Shown here: positions 50,071 to 61,965 of the stretch, in pieces
Layout: each line of letters starts with the position of its first letter
Position numbering within the stretch: the stretch's first letter is position 1
Made by a program: the position numbers and the translations under genes
Assembly (NCBI GenBank): GCA_030324005.1
Contig: JARDVH010000193.1
Span: 32,982,086-33,046,085, forward strand
From: Negaprion brevirostris
Taxonomy: Eukaryota
Direction of reading: 5' to 3'
Length of the DNA stretch: 64,000 nt
The notes under the pieces: model-generated
Seen by the model: the letters and a program-made list of their open reading frames with translations, nothing else
Told to the model about the DNA's origin: nothing
Database searches by the model: none

Positions 50071-50420
50071 TTCAGGTTATGACCTTAAATGTTAGCAGAT
50101 AATGGGGGTGTGATCCATTATGGATTGTAACAGAGGCTGCACAGGAAGACATTAAATTAATTTAAAACTGTATTAATAAATTCTGAAAAAGTATTCACCA
50201 GCCAGTTAATTTGTTAATGCTCATGGTCTGGCCTCAAGGTAGTCAACATCACTTAGAACCTACAGTATTTCTGAAAATCAGCAAATTATGTTCAATGACA
50301 TATGTTGGACATTTTCAATGCAACAAATCAATTAATGATGATTTAATGGATTTGCATAATATAATAATCCAGCTAAATTTTAGTTAAGTCATATATTTTC
50401 TTATACCTTATCTGTCACAG

Positions 50421-50515
50421 TTGATGAACTGATCAGTCCTAAGGACTTGGACCCTGCTAGGCGTTACATCCCTGCAAAGGAACAAAGAAATATCAGCTTG
50501 AGGTATTCAAACCAG
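50421..50515 (+). CDS. PHKB: PHKB internal exon (95 nt): (V)[31 protein letters not shown]
   Basis: Acceptor tcacag, donor gttagt; phase 1/0; matches [15 protein letters not shown]...RFSNQ. Confidence 0.96.
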
Positions 50516-51867
50516 GTTAGTTGTAAAGGCAATTTAGCCACTTTTTANNNNNNNNNNAGTAAGATTTAAAAAAACTTCAGTTTTCTACAAAGCAGTGTTC
50601 TGACCATGAACTGTAGAGTTCATCAAAATGGCATATTAAACAACACCTGTTAAACTGTATTTACTGTAACTGAGAAATATCACTAGTTCATGTTATTTTT
50701 GAATTGGTTTGCCATTTGACATGATGGCCAATTATAGGAAAAGTGAATTTATTTTGGATAGTCAGTTAAAGAACTTATGTGAATAAATGTGTTAACAGAC
50801 TGCATATAGTACTCATTGATCGTTATTGATGCCACAGGAAACCTGTTATTTATTGTCAAGAATAGTATTTTCAAAATGTCTTGAGAGTGTTGTTCTGAAC
50901 TGGATGTTTTAAAATAAGGTAAAAGAAAGCACGAATTTGCACTTAAATATGGTTTTCACAGCCTTGCAGTATTCCAAGGTATTTAACAATTAAATACTTT
51001 ATGTAGTTGCTTTTGCAATGTAAGGAAAAGAGCAGCCAATTTGAACACAGCAAGGTCCAACAAATAGCAGTGAGAAGATGGAGCCTCAAAGTAATGTCTC
51101 CTCTGAAAGACAATGCCTCTAATAGTGCAGTGGAAGCTCCTTAAGTACTGCAATAAAGTATTGGTTCAGATTACATCCTGAAACCTCTAGAATGGGTCTT
51201 GCATCCATAGCCATGACTCAGGCAAGAGTTCCATCTCTAAACTGCAGCTAACAGCTTTCAGAAAACCCTGTTGTGCAGAACTACATGTTTGTGGATTTTT
51301 TGAACTGATTATGCAATACTATATTACTTAACTATGCTTATGTATACTATGAACAAGTACAATTTTTAATTTGGAAAAATCATGTCATTTGATGTGCAGA
51401 TTACTTTTTGNNNNNNNNNNNNNNNNNNNNNNNNNNNNNNNNNNNNNNNNNNNNNNNNNNNNNNNNNNNNNNNNNNNNNNNNNNNNNNNNNNNNNNNNNN
51501 NNNNNNNNNNNNNNNNNNNNNNNNNNNNNNNNNNNNNNNNNNNNNNNNNNNNNNNNNNNNNNNNNNNNNNNNNNNNNNNNNNNNNNNNNNNNNNNNNNNN
51601 NNNNNNNNNNNNNNNNNNNNNNNNNNNNNNNNNNNNNNNNNNNNNNNNNNNNNNNNNNNNNNNNNNNNNNNNNNNNNNNNNNNNNNNNNNNNNNNNNNNN
51701 NNNNNNNNNNNNNNNNNNNNNNNNNNNNNNNNNNNNNNNNNNNNNNNNNNNNNNNNNNNNNNNNNNNNNNNNNNNNNNNNNNNNNNNNNNNNNNNNNNNN
51801 NNNNNNNNNNNNNNNNNNNNNNNNNNNNNNNNNNNNNNNNNNNNNNNTTTGAAGCAATTTTTAAAAG

Positions 51868-52058
51868 TGGCATCTCGGCCTTTTGGCTAAGATGCAAATG
51901 AGATCAAGCCTTGGAGGAAGAGCTATGCCTACTCCAATCTGCTTGGATCATGTAAATCAAGCCCAGACAGGAGGTGAGAGCCCTGTCTTGTCAGCTTGGA
52001 TTGGGAATATCTCAACTTATTGAGACTCTGAATTGGACTTGACTTGATTGAATTGGAA
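51868..52058 (+). other. U2 snRNA-headed structured element (candidate snRNA-derived SINE or ncRNA)
   Basis: 51873-51893 TCTCGGCCTTTTGGCTAAGAT matches recalled U2 nt 7-27 at 21 of 21 positions; non-U2 hairpins and a short-repeat tail follow. Confidence 0.7.
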
Positions 52059-52199
52059 TAATTTTTTTTAAAAACCTTGCAGTTTACTTCCCACTATTTT
52101 GTTAGGGAGACTATTGAGGTTCTCTATCCAACAAGTGCTAACTACCTTTTGTCTTCTTGTTTTCCTTTTTCTAAAGACCAGCAGGTGAAGTGAGATCAG

Positions 52200-52480
52200 G
52201 TGCCTTTGTTAAGTTTGCAGAACTCCTTATAGTGAAGATTTCATCAACTGTTCATAAATCACTTTGTGGTCATTGGACGTTAGCTCTGCCATAACATGTG
52301 TGATCCTGTATATCAGCAATAATTTATGTTGGTCAACGCCCGGTATCCTGGCAGTTCTTCTGGTGAAACACAAATAATCCATGTTGACTTCAAGGCCATC
52401 TGCAGCTTTTCACCAGCCAGACAGCAGCCACTGGGATAGTACTGCATAGGAGCACGAGTGACAGGAAAAGACATGCTGTA
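52200..52480 (+). pseudogene. Second Harbinger transposase fragment
   Basis: 52296-52358 translates to MCDPVYQQ*FMLVNARYPGSS, like the Harbinger core motif VCD...V.ARYPGSxHD. Confidence 0.7.
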
Positions 52481-53644
52481 CTTGGTACTGGTATTTAATT
52501 TGAATTATTTCTTCATGGACAGAAAGGGAATGTGTAGGCTGCCTCCTTCCTCTTCCAGGAAAATGAGGGGGAGAAAGGGACTAGCAAAATAGTAAAATGA
52601 AAGAAGAGAGTAAAAACAGGATGCACAAAAGTGAGCCTCAATATGTGTTAATGTTAGTCTGAGCTTCTTCTTTTACACTACAATTGTAACACTTTGAAGA
52701 GAGTGTTAATATTTCTGCATACAAATTTTACAAGGGAAATTGCATAATTTTAAAATGATCAGAAAGAACACGGTTAATACGTGCTCTTCAATTCTGTGAG
52801 CTTGCAAACTATCTTTGTAGCGTTTGGTAGAAAGTACTAGTATTATGATTGAAAGTACTTGGTTTGCTAAAAATACTGCAGTGCCTAAAGGGATAATGTC
52901 ACTTTCTGGTCCTACTTACTTAAAATTTTAAACATCATACTCAAGGTGACATTCATCAGTAATTTAGAGTCTTGGAAACATGTTGCAGGTTTCCATATAG
53001 GAGATCATTCTCACAAAAATCAGCTCAATCACTATGAGGCTGTTATAAAGTCAGATCATATTTGTCAGCGTGTGAGTGTGAGCGTGCATGTTGTGCCTGC
53101 TGCAAGCTGGAATGACTGGACTGACTCGTAATTCCCAAAACTGACTGGATTGGGTCGAGGTCAGAGATTAAAATTCAAAAAACCTGTACAGGAACTCAAC
53201 CTGCCCTGGCGCTGCCTATTTCCAGTTTTACTAAAGGGAGGACAAAGGGTTGGCAGCCAATCTGCTTGCTTGAGGATATGGGTCATTTACATATTATAAT
53301 AAGCTGCCTGTCTTTAACAATCATTCTGTTTTTACCTCATGATGACAGGGAATCCCAGGCCTTGGGAAAACCAGCAGCTGAAAGGATGTGAGAATCATGT
53401 AAGGATCAATATGACGTGACTGTCTTCACAGAACTGCTTGTGGGTCAGTTTCTGGCAGGCCCAACAAGCTGCCCAGTAAAAACCAGTCCTCTCAGTCCTT
53501 CACCTTCGGCAACACATTATAATCTGTTTGCATGGCCCCCACCACAGGACTTCCTTCACCCTGACCATCATTCTAACGCACCCTGATTAAGGGCCCTGAC
53601 TATCATCATCTGATACATCTGACTCCTATCATCCCCAACACAGG

Positions 53645-53930
53645 GAAGGCGCTGGCACAGTTGTTTTGTTGCTGACCTAATAATCCAGAGATCCAGGATA
53701 ATGGTCTAGGGACCCAGGTTCGAATCCCACCACAGAAGATGGTGGAATTTCAACTCAGTAAAATATCTGGAATTAAAAGTCTAATGACCATGAAACTATT
53801 GTCATAAAATCCCATCTGGTTCACTAATGTCCTTTAGGGAAAGAAACCTGCCTGGTCTACTTTTGACTCCAGCAATGGTTGACTTATAAATGCTCTCTGA
53901 AATGGCCTAGCAAGTCATTCAGTTGTGTTC
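53645..53930 (+). mobile_element. DeuSINE (SacSINE1-like)
   Basis: B box ggttcgaatccc, followed by cccatctggttcactaatgtcctttagg. Confidence 0.8.
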
Positions 53931-54009
53931 ACCCGCTACAAAGAAAACACAAAGGAATGAAACCAGGTGTACTCACCATTCACCACAAAACCCAATGGCA
54001 AATCTACAG

Positions 54010-54960
54010 TGCTGTTAGGAAGAAAGTTTCAGGATTTTTGATCCAGTGAAAGAAGAGTGATGTAGTTCAAGTCAGGTGGTGTATGGCTTGGAGGAAAACT
54101 AGCAGGTAGTGAGGTTCCCATGTGTCTTCTGCCCTTGGCCTTTGAGGTGGTAGAAGTCATGGGTTTGGAAGGCACTGTCAAAAGAGGCTTGGAAAGTTGC
54201 TACATTGGAACACAACTCCCAACATTTGTTAGTGGTGATGGAGGGGTGAATGTTTAATGTAGTGGATGGGGTGCCAGTCAAGCAGTGTGTTTTGTCCTGG
54301 ATGGTGTTACGTTTCTTGTGTATTATTGGAGTCACACTCAATGTAATGGTGCAAATATGTGGTCTGAAGTTCATCTTGGGGTTAAATGTGACACCAAGAT
54401 TTGAACAGACAGACTGGTTTAATCTCAAACTGTTTTCAGGGGCAGGGATGGAGTCAGTGGTTTAGGGACAGACCAAAGACAATAACTTCTTCCCATCATT
54501 TCATTAGAGGAAATTTCTGCTCATCCAATAGGAATGTTGGATATGGGGATGTTAGTTTGCAAGGACAGTGGGGTCAGGGTTACTTTTTACAAGAGGGGAG
54601 TGATGACGACAGATTTAAAGAGAGGGCAAACACCTGAAGAAAAAGGATCATTGACAATATCAGCTAATATGGAGATTAGGAGGGGAAGTGGGGTGGTCAG
54701 CAGTTTTGTGGGAATAGAGTTGAGGGAGTGGNNNNNNNNNNNNNNNNNNNNNNNNNNNNNNNTGCTAAGCAGATCGTCTTGATCTTGAAGATGAAACAGT
54801 CTCTGAGTTTCTTGCATTTGTTGTCGGTGAGGTTTGAGGAGACAGGAGAGGAGTTTTAGACAATGGTTTGCAGTGGAGAAAACAACTCAGGTGTTAGCTT
54901 TGCATTCCATGATGATCCTGGAGCCGTTTCTGTAAATGAGAGCAGGACTTGATTGCGCTT
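54010..54960 (-). mobile_element. LINE fragments: CR1-like (54010-54330) and L2-like RT (54330-54960)
   Basis: NLGVTFNPKMNF (ORF 54099..54428) and IPTKLL...DIVNDPFSSGVCPLFKSVVITPLL (ORF 54587..54817). Confidence 0.75.
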
Positions 54961-55329
54961 TATAGGTCAAATCAAATCTAGCAGTAGATGGCTAAACCAA
55001 TTTTCCACCACATTCTTTCAGGTCTGTATCCCTTAGACATGAGGGGGCTGCACCTGGCTGCATTTTAGCCAGTATTATCTCATTAAATTAATTAATAAAA
55101 CTTAAAAAAAGTTCATTGAGGGCTGATCCCTGTCATGCTGAACTGGTCGATGAGTTCCAAGCAAAAATGCTCCATTGACTACCATCATCTGCTTCGTATT
55201 CTATTGACAATCCAATCTGTCACATTTCCTGCAAAGTCATACTCTCTCACTATCTCGACAGGTGTGTTTAAAGAATATAGTGTTTTCGTTCATTTTTAAA
55301 AATGTTGAAGAGCTGGAGACATTAAAAAT

Positions 55330-55499
55330 GTCTGTGTGGAATTTGCACATTCTCCCCATGTCTGCCCTGGTTTCCTCCCACAGTCCAAAGATGTACGGGT
55401 TAGGTGGATTGGCCATGCTAAATTGGCCCATGTGTCAGGGGGACTAGCTAGGGTAAATGCATGGGGTTCTGGGAATAGGGCCTGGGTGGGATTGTGGTC
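55330..55499 (+). mobile_element. HE1-like V-SINE, truncated by a gap
   Basis: V-domain tctgtgtggaatttgcacattctcccc...cccacagtccaaagatgt. Confidence 0.8.
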
Positions 55500-56519
55500 N
55501 NNNNNNNNNNNNNNNNNNNNNNNNNNNNNNNNNNNNNNNNNNNNNNNNNNNNNNNNNNNNNNNNNNNNNNNNNNNNNNNNNNNNNNNNNNNNNNNNNNNN
55601 NNNNNTTGTCTTGAACAGTTTGAGGTAAAGGTGGAAAAATGCTGTCCCATTTCTTGGCACCCTTGTGTTCAAATGTGATGTCATATTCAAGTGTATGGGT
55701 TAATTTTCTGTGGATTTGTTTTCAGTGCATGTTCATCATCTTTCACAGTTCATTTGTGAAAGCGGTCTATGGAATTAGTTTTGTACATGTATTTATCAGA
55801 GCAACATACTTTGTCTTGGCCAGAAAATTGATTGCTTCCTTGCAGAAGATACAACAAGCCTCATTCCACTCACCTGCTTTCCCATTCTTCAATTGAAATC
55901 CATGACCTACACACCCCAAACCAATTTGATATGCAACTCATTTTTTTCAAAGATCCCTGCTGCCATCCGTTATTTTGATGGGTAATTACTGCTTCTATCA
56001 AGCTATCAATTTACCTTTGTCTCATTATAGTTTATTGATGGTAGTTTCTACACCCACTTAAGCAGCACAGCATAGAGCCAATTTTGCAATGTCCAGGGTT
56101 TCCTGATCTCTTAATAGCAAATGTAATCTGCTGTCTTCAAGATTGAGAATCTCTACAACTGCCAGACTTTGTTACTGATTTTAGTGATATTTTGCTAAGG
56201 CAACCAAAGAGGGCCATCACTGGAAGGCCTTCATCNNNNNNNNNNNNNNNNNNNNNNNNNNNNNNNNNNNNNNNNNNNNNNNNNNNNNNNNNNNNNNNNN
56301 NNNNNNNNNNNNNNNNNNNNNNNNNNNNNNNNNNNNNNNNNNNNNNNNNNNNNNNNNNNNNNNNNNNNNNNNNNNNNNNNNNNNNNNNNNNNNNNNNNNN
56401 NNNNNNNNNNNNNNNNNNNNNNNNNNNNNNNNNNNNNNNNNNNNNNNNNNNNNNNNNNNNNNNNNNNNNNNNNNNNNNNNNNNNNNNNNNNNNNNNNNNN
56501 NNNNNNNNNNNNNNNNNTA

Positions 56520-59090
56520 TTGGTTAAGTAGAACATTGCTGTGCTGGAGAAAAAGAATGTGTCAGAAGCTTAAAGGGAAGAATCAATTTGGCTGGAGCTA
56601 AGGTACAAATAGTGTACAATTACATTGCTTGTTGTAGACTACAGACTGCCAATGAGCGAGAATGAAGTAGAAAACAAATCTGCAAGGAGATTACAGAAAT
56701 GCAGATGAAAGAGCAGTTTTAATAGGGAACTTTAATGATGATGTGGAGGTGCTGGCGTTGGACTGGGGTAAGCACAGTAAGAAGTCTCAGAACACCAGGT
56801 TAAAGTCCAACCATTGGACTTTAACATGGTGTTGTGAGACTTCTTACTGAACTTTAATGACCCAAATGTAGAGTGGGACAATGGTAGTTTAAAGGGCAGA
56901 GATGGGCAAAAGGTCCTAGATTGTGTTCAGGACAATTTTCTACAGCAGTACATGTCCAATCTGATAAGAAAGGATGCAATGTTGGACATGGTTCTTGGAA
57001 ATTAGCTGGGCCAAATCAATAAAATGTCATTTAGGAGACAGTGATCATTGTATTGTTATGTTTTGGATGATGGTAGAAAAGGAAAGTAGGCAATCCAGAG
57101 TAAAAATAATTAACTGGGGAGCATTGACTTGAATGGGGCAAGAACAGAGCTAGATCAGTCAAAGTGGAACTAAAGGTTGGCAGGAAAAACTGTAGCTCAA
57201 CAATGGGCTGGCTTCAAAATTGTAATGGTCCGGGCACAGTCAAGGTATATTCTCTTAAAAGGAGAAGGTCGGGCAAACAAATCCAGAACTTCCTGGATGA
57301 AAAATGAGATAGAAAATAAACGCAGGAAGATAAGCTGCTTATGATAGGTGTTATGAGGGGGAAAACTCAGTTACGAATCAAGAAGAATATAGAAGATTCA
57401 GAGGTGAGGTGAAAAAGCACATTAAAGAAGCTAAGAGGCATTATGGGAAAAAAGTAGCAGCCAACAAAATTGGGAATTTCATTGTGTTCTATAGGCATGT
57501 AGATTAAGGATCAAAAGGGGGCTTGACTGAGGTACTAAATGAATACTTTGTATCAGTTCTTACCAAGAAGGTAGATTCTACATAGGCCAGGGTGACAGAC
57601 AAGGAAACTCTGTCCCAGAAGGATTCAAAATTGATAAGGAGGAAGTGTTGACTAGACTGTCAAAACTTAAAGTTGACAAGGGATCGGGAACATATCGGAT
57701 GCATCCAAACATACTGAAGGAAGTACGAATGGAAATTGCACTGGGGATTGCCTTTGTATTAGGACTTGCTTTTCCTGATTTATATCAGTCATAGAATCAT
57801 AAAATTCATGCAGTGCAGAAGAAGCTATTCAGCCCATCAAGTCTGCACTGACCCTCCAAAAGAGCACTCTACTTCAGCCCAATCCCACCCCCCTGCCATC
57901 TTAACCCCATAACTCCGCACATTGATCATGGCCAATCTATTTAACCTGCACATCTTGGACAATAAGGGGCAATTTAGCATAGCCAATTCATCTAACCTAT
58001 ACTCCCCTGGACTGTGGGAAGAAACTAGAGTACCCAGAGGACATGCGTGTAGACACAGGGAGAACGTGTCCACGTTCCACACAGTCACCAAAGGCTGGAA
58101 AATGTAAATTCCCATACTGGTAGTCAAACCAGGATTCCTGGGTGAAAACCAGGAATCCCAATCACGGGACCAAATGGGAACCAGTTCTTGGTGTGCAGGG
58201 GACAATTTCAAAGTTTGTGGATGATACAAAACTTGCAAGTATTGCAAACTGTAGAATTTCAAAAGGACATAGACCAGTTGGTGGAGTGGGCAAATAAATG
58301 GCAAATGAGGTTCATTGTGGAGAATTGTGAGGTGATGCATTTTAGTAGGAGGAACATGGAGAGACAATATGAAATAAGAGGTAAAATTCTTAAGGGGTGT
58401 AGGAGCAGGAGGACCAGCATGTATATGTACACTGACCGTTGAAACTGGCAGGACAGGTGAAGGGAGCAGTTAAGAAGCATATAATATTCTGGGTTTTAAA
58501 ATAGGGGCATGGAATGCAAGAGCTAGGAGGATATACTGAACTTATACAAGACAGTGGTTAGATCTCAACTGGAGTATTGTGTACAGTTCTGGATGCAACA
58601 CGATGGGAAGGAGGTGAAACATTAGAGAAAGTGCAGAAGAGATGTACAAGAATTGTTCCAGGGATGAGAAGCTTTACTTATGATAGATTAGAGGGGTTGG
58701 GACTGTTCTCCTTGCAGAGAATAAGCCTAAGAAAAGATTTGATGGAGATGCTCAAAATTATGAGGGCACTGAACAGAGTAAATGGGGAAAAACTGCTCCT
58801 GCTCATAAAAGGATCAGGAAGGAGAGCTCACAGATTTAAAGTAATTTGCAAAAGAAGCAAATGTAATGTGAGAAAGGACTTTTTCACACAGCGAGTGATT
58901 CGAGTCTGGAAAGCACTGCCTGGAAGTATAGTGGAGGCAGGCTCAATGGAGGCTTTCAGAAGGACATTAGATGATTAGAAAACAATGTGCAGGGGTTTGG
59001 GGAGTGGCACTGAGTCGTAATGCTTGTTTAAAGAACTGGTGCAGACATGATGAGCCAGATGACTCCTTCTGCACTGTCACAATCCTGTGA
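56520..59090 (+). mobile_element. Long decayed CR1-like LINE ORF2 with nested Penelope fragment and HE1-like SINE (57790-58100, minus)
   Basis: Endonuclease remnants (IGNFNDP, LDMVLGN), LNEYFVSV, DIDQLVEWANKWQMRF and FFTQRVIRVWKALP. Confidence 0.88.
56739..56849. mobile_element. Penelope terminal fragment forming a 36-bp hairpin, with an 11-bp TSD
   Basis: aactttaatga at 56728-56738 and 56850-56860; arms 56775-56810 and 56814-56849 are complementary at 34 of 36 positions. Confidence 0.8.
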
Positions 59091-60387
59091 TAATAAATAT
59101 TCAGAAGCGAGGTAAGAACAACTGAAAGAAAAACAAGACACAGATTGGGTGGAATGAAGCAAGCAAAAGAACAGGTGATCTAGAAATTAATGTATATAAA
59201 TTGTTAGTTTGATGTTTTGTCCTGTGTTTTGGTGAATAAGATTAGAAAAATGATTGCGTACCACTAACTCTTAGTCAAATTCCTGTTCCCGAGGTGTTGC
59301 TGATTGTTTATAAATGAATCAGTAAAATCCGTTGTTGGAAAAAAAGGTAGTTTCTTAGTAATGTAGAAATAATTTCTACTGTTCCTGGAATAGGAAGTTG
59401 TTTGAAAAGCCGTGGGCTGTATAGTGTGGTATGATCCATCTTTATAAATAAATTTTGAACTGAGTTAAATTGAGGCCTTAGCAGAATTTGTATCTTTGAT
59501 GTGTCCACCAGTACTTTGTAAGGCAATCCATCTGCAATATGGAGCCACGTAATATGATTTCAACTCAATATTTTTCTATATTCAGAGGGGAAGCAATGAA
59601 ATTGTCTTAATATTTAAAAATACTTTCTGAGCTGCTTTTATTGAATGTGGCAATTACAAGAATAGCATCCCACATAAATGTGATTCTGAAAATGTTTTTA
59701 ATGATTTTCTGAGAAGTGCATGCACATTTTCAATTAAGGAATTGTACATTGGATTGCTAGCTGGACCTAAATGTTAAAAAAGGGCTAGTAACAACAATGA
59801 GTAAATTAAATTGGCAAAACTGAAGATTTGCAGGGCAATCCAAAATTGTTTCCAGCTGGAATAAAAACACAGATTTAGCAGTCAGCGGTGGAGGAAAGGC
59901 ACTTACTTCAGTCTTTGAGTAGCAATATATACCAGATTTAAAGATCCTTTTCTAATGAAGTATTGCTTATTGAGTATAGCGTGTACAGGATGAAAAGCAA
60001 TGACATGGCTCTTGAATAAGTCAGAAGAATCAATGTCCAAACCAGAAAGTATAAATTAGAAGATCTTGTTCACGGTACAATCATTTATCAAAAAATAGAA
60101 AGGATTATCAAATTGGTTCAAAGAGAAACAGAAAAGTAAAATAGGTATTTTATTTTTTGTCTTTTTAAATCTACAATAATGATTACATTTTGAAAGAATG
60201 AGACTCCATACTTGTAAAATTAAATTTTCAGTGCCACTGATGTAGTTTGGCAATGCTGATAAGGTGTCTTGGTAGTAATTAAGACTCGGTGTATGTTTAA
60301 AAACTCACTTAAAGTTTATTTGTTAGTCATAAGTGGGTTTACATTTTATTTAATCAGGGCACAGGATCAATTCCTGAACAGACAAGG

Positions 60388-60586
60388 ATAAGAACATAAG
60401 AAATAGGAGCAGGAGTAGGCCATCTAGCCCCTCGAGCCCGCCCTACCATTCAATAAGATCATGGCTGATCTGAAGTGGATCAGTTACACTTACCCGCCTT
60501 CTCCCCATAACCCTTAATTCCTTTATCGATCAGAAATCTATCTACCTGTGACTTAAACATATTCAACAAGGTAGCCTCCACCACTT
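60388..60586 (-). mobile_element. Young CR1-like 3' tail
   Basis: Near-identical to tails at 6318, 25150 and 42598. Confidence 0.85.
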
Positions 60587-61261
60587 CAAGACATGAAGTG
60601 AAGGAGAAAAAGGTAGTAATGCATTGAAGACAAGACATGAAGTGAAGGAGACAAAGGTAGTGATGCATTGTATGTATATTTATAAATATACACACAAGTT
60701 TGTGAGCTCAAATGGTGCATATGATGAAAACTCACGATAATGCCAACAAATTAGGGCTAGTGACTTGTACAGGATCCTTATAAGGCTGTGCATTGGTTTT
60801 CAGTAGTAGGGGATGGAAGCTAATGAGTGTAATGATTTCTTGTTGCTCAAAAGTGGGCTTTTTACTGCCTCTGGAATGTTTTGAACAAAATCACGTTATT
60901 CCAGCAACAAATTGAATTATGTGCAGTAATGTAGTGATTCATATCTGATGTGTTGCACCATTGTACTTGACTTTGATGAAAGACCCTGTAACAGAAAGGA
61001 ATTGGCTTTATACGTAATTGAAAAAAAATTGTACGTAACCAGATAGAAACTTAGCTTTTGGTCCAGATGCCAAAACTGCAATTATGATTCATTTAAGCTA
61101 AACTTGGAAAAAAACAAAAGTGCTGGAAATACAAAGCATCTGATATTACAAAGACAGGTTGTGTTTAAGATGAAGAAACTAGAACATGGCCTATGGGCTC
61201 GATGACGCAAGTGTGCTTTCAATAATCTTGATGGTTGATAACCATGGCATTACACACAGGG

Positions 61262-61965
61262 ATGATGTGCAGATGCCGGCGTTGAACTGAGGTAAACACA
61301 GTAAGAAGTCTCACAACCGGTTTATTTGGTAGCAAAATCCACTAGCATTCAGAGCGCTGCCGCCTCATCAGGTGAGTGGGAGTCCTGTTCACAAACAGGG
61401 CATATAAAGAGACAAACTCAATTTACAAAATAATGATTGGAATGCGAGTACTGGTAATCAAGAAAGACACAAATAATGTGAGTGGAGAGAGAGCGTTAAG
61501 CACAGGTTAACGAGATGCGTATTGTCTCCAGAGAGGACAGTTAGTGAGATTTTGCAAGCCCAGGCAAGTCGTTGTGGGGGTTACAGATAGTGTGACATGA
61601 ACCCAAGATCCTGGTTGAGGCCATCCTTATGTGTGTAGAACTTGGCTATCAGTCTCTGCTCAGCAACTCTGCTGTGTCATGAAGGCCACCTTGGAGAACG
61701 CTTACCTGAAGATCACAGGCCAAATGCCCGTGACAGCTGAAGTGTTCCCCAACAGGAAGAGAACACTCTCACCTGGTGATTGTCGAGTGATGTTCATTCA
61801 TCCGTTGTTGTAGCGTCTGCATTGTCTCCCCATGTACCATGCCTCAGGACATCCTTTCCTGTAGCGTATCAGGTAGACAACATTGGCCGAGTTGTGAGAG
61901 TATGTACCGTGTACCTCGTGGATGGTGGTATCGCATAGGATGATGGCATCTGTGTCAACGATCCA
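61262..61965 (-). mobile_element. Penelope-like element 3' part with a GIY-YIG endonuclease remnant
   Basis: SANVVYLIRYRKGCPEAWYMG (ORF 61798..62241) fits the VVY...C...Y.G GIY-YIG motif. Confidence 0.85.

Noticed and set aside
51873-51908. Functional U2 snRNA gene
   Set aside because: Only the first ~30 nt match; the branch-point-pairing region, Sm site and 3' stem-loops are absent.
3680-56536. Long ORFs made mostly of X (e.g. 3680..4036, 6293..6982, 25147..25665, 51366..51901, 56192..56527)
   Set aside because: They read through N gaps and carry no coding evidence.
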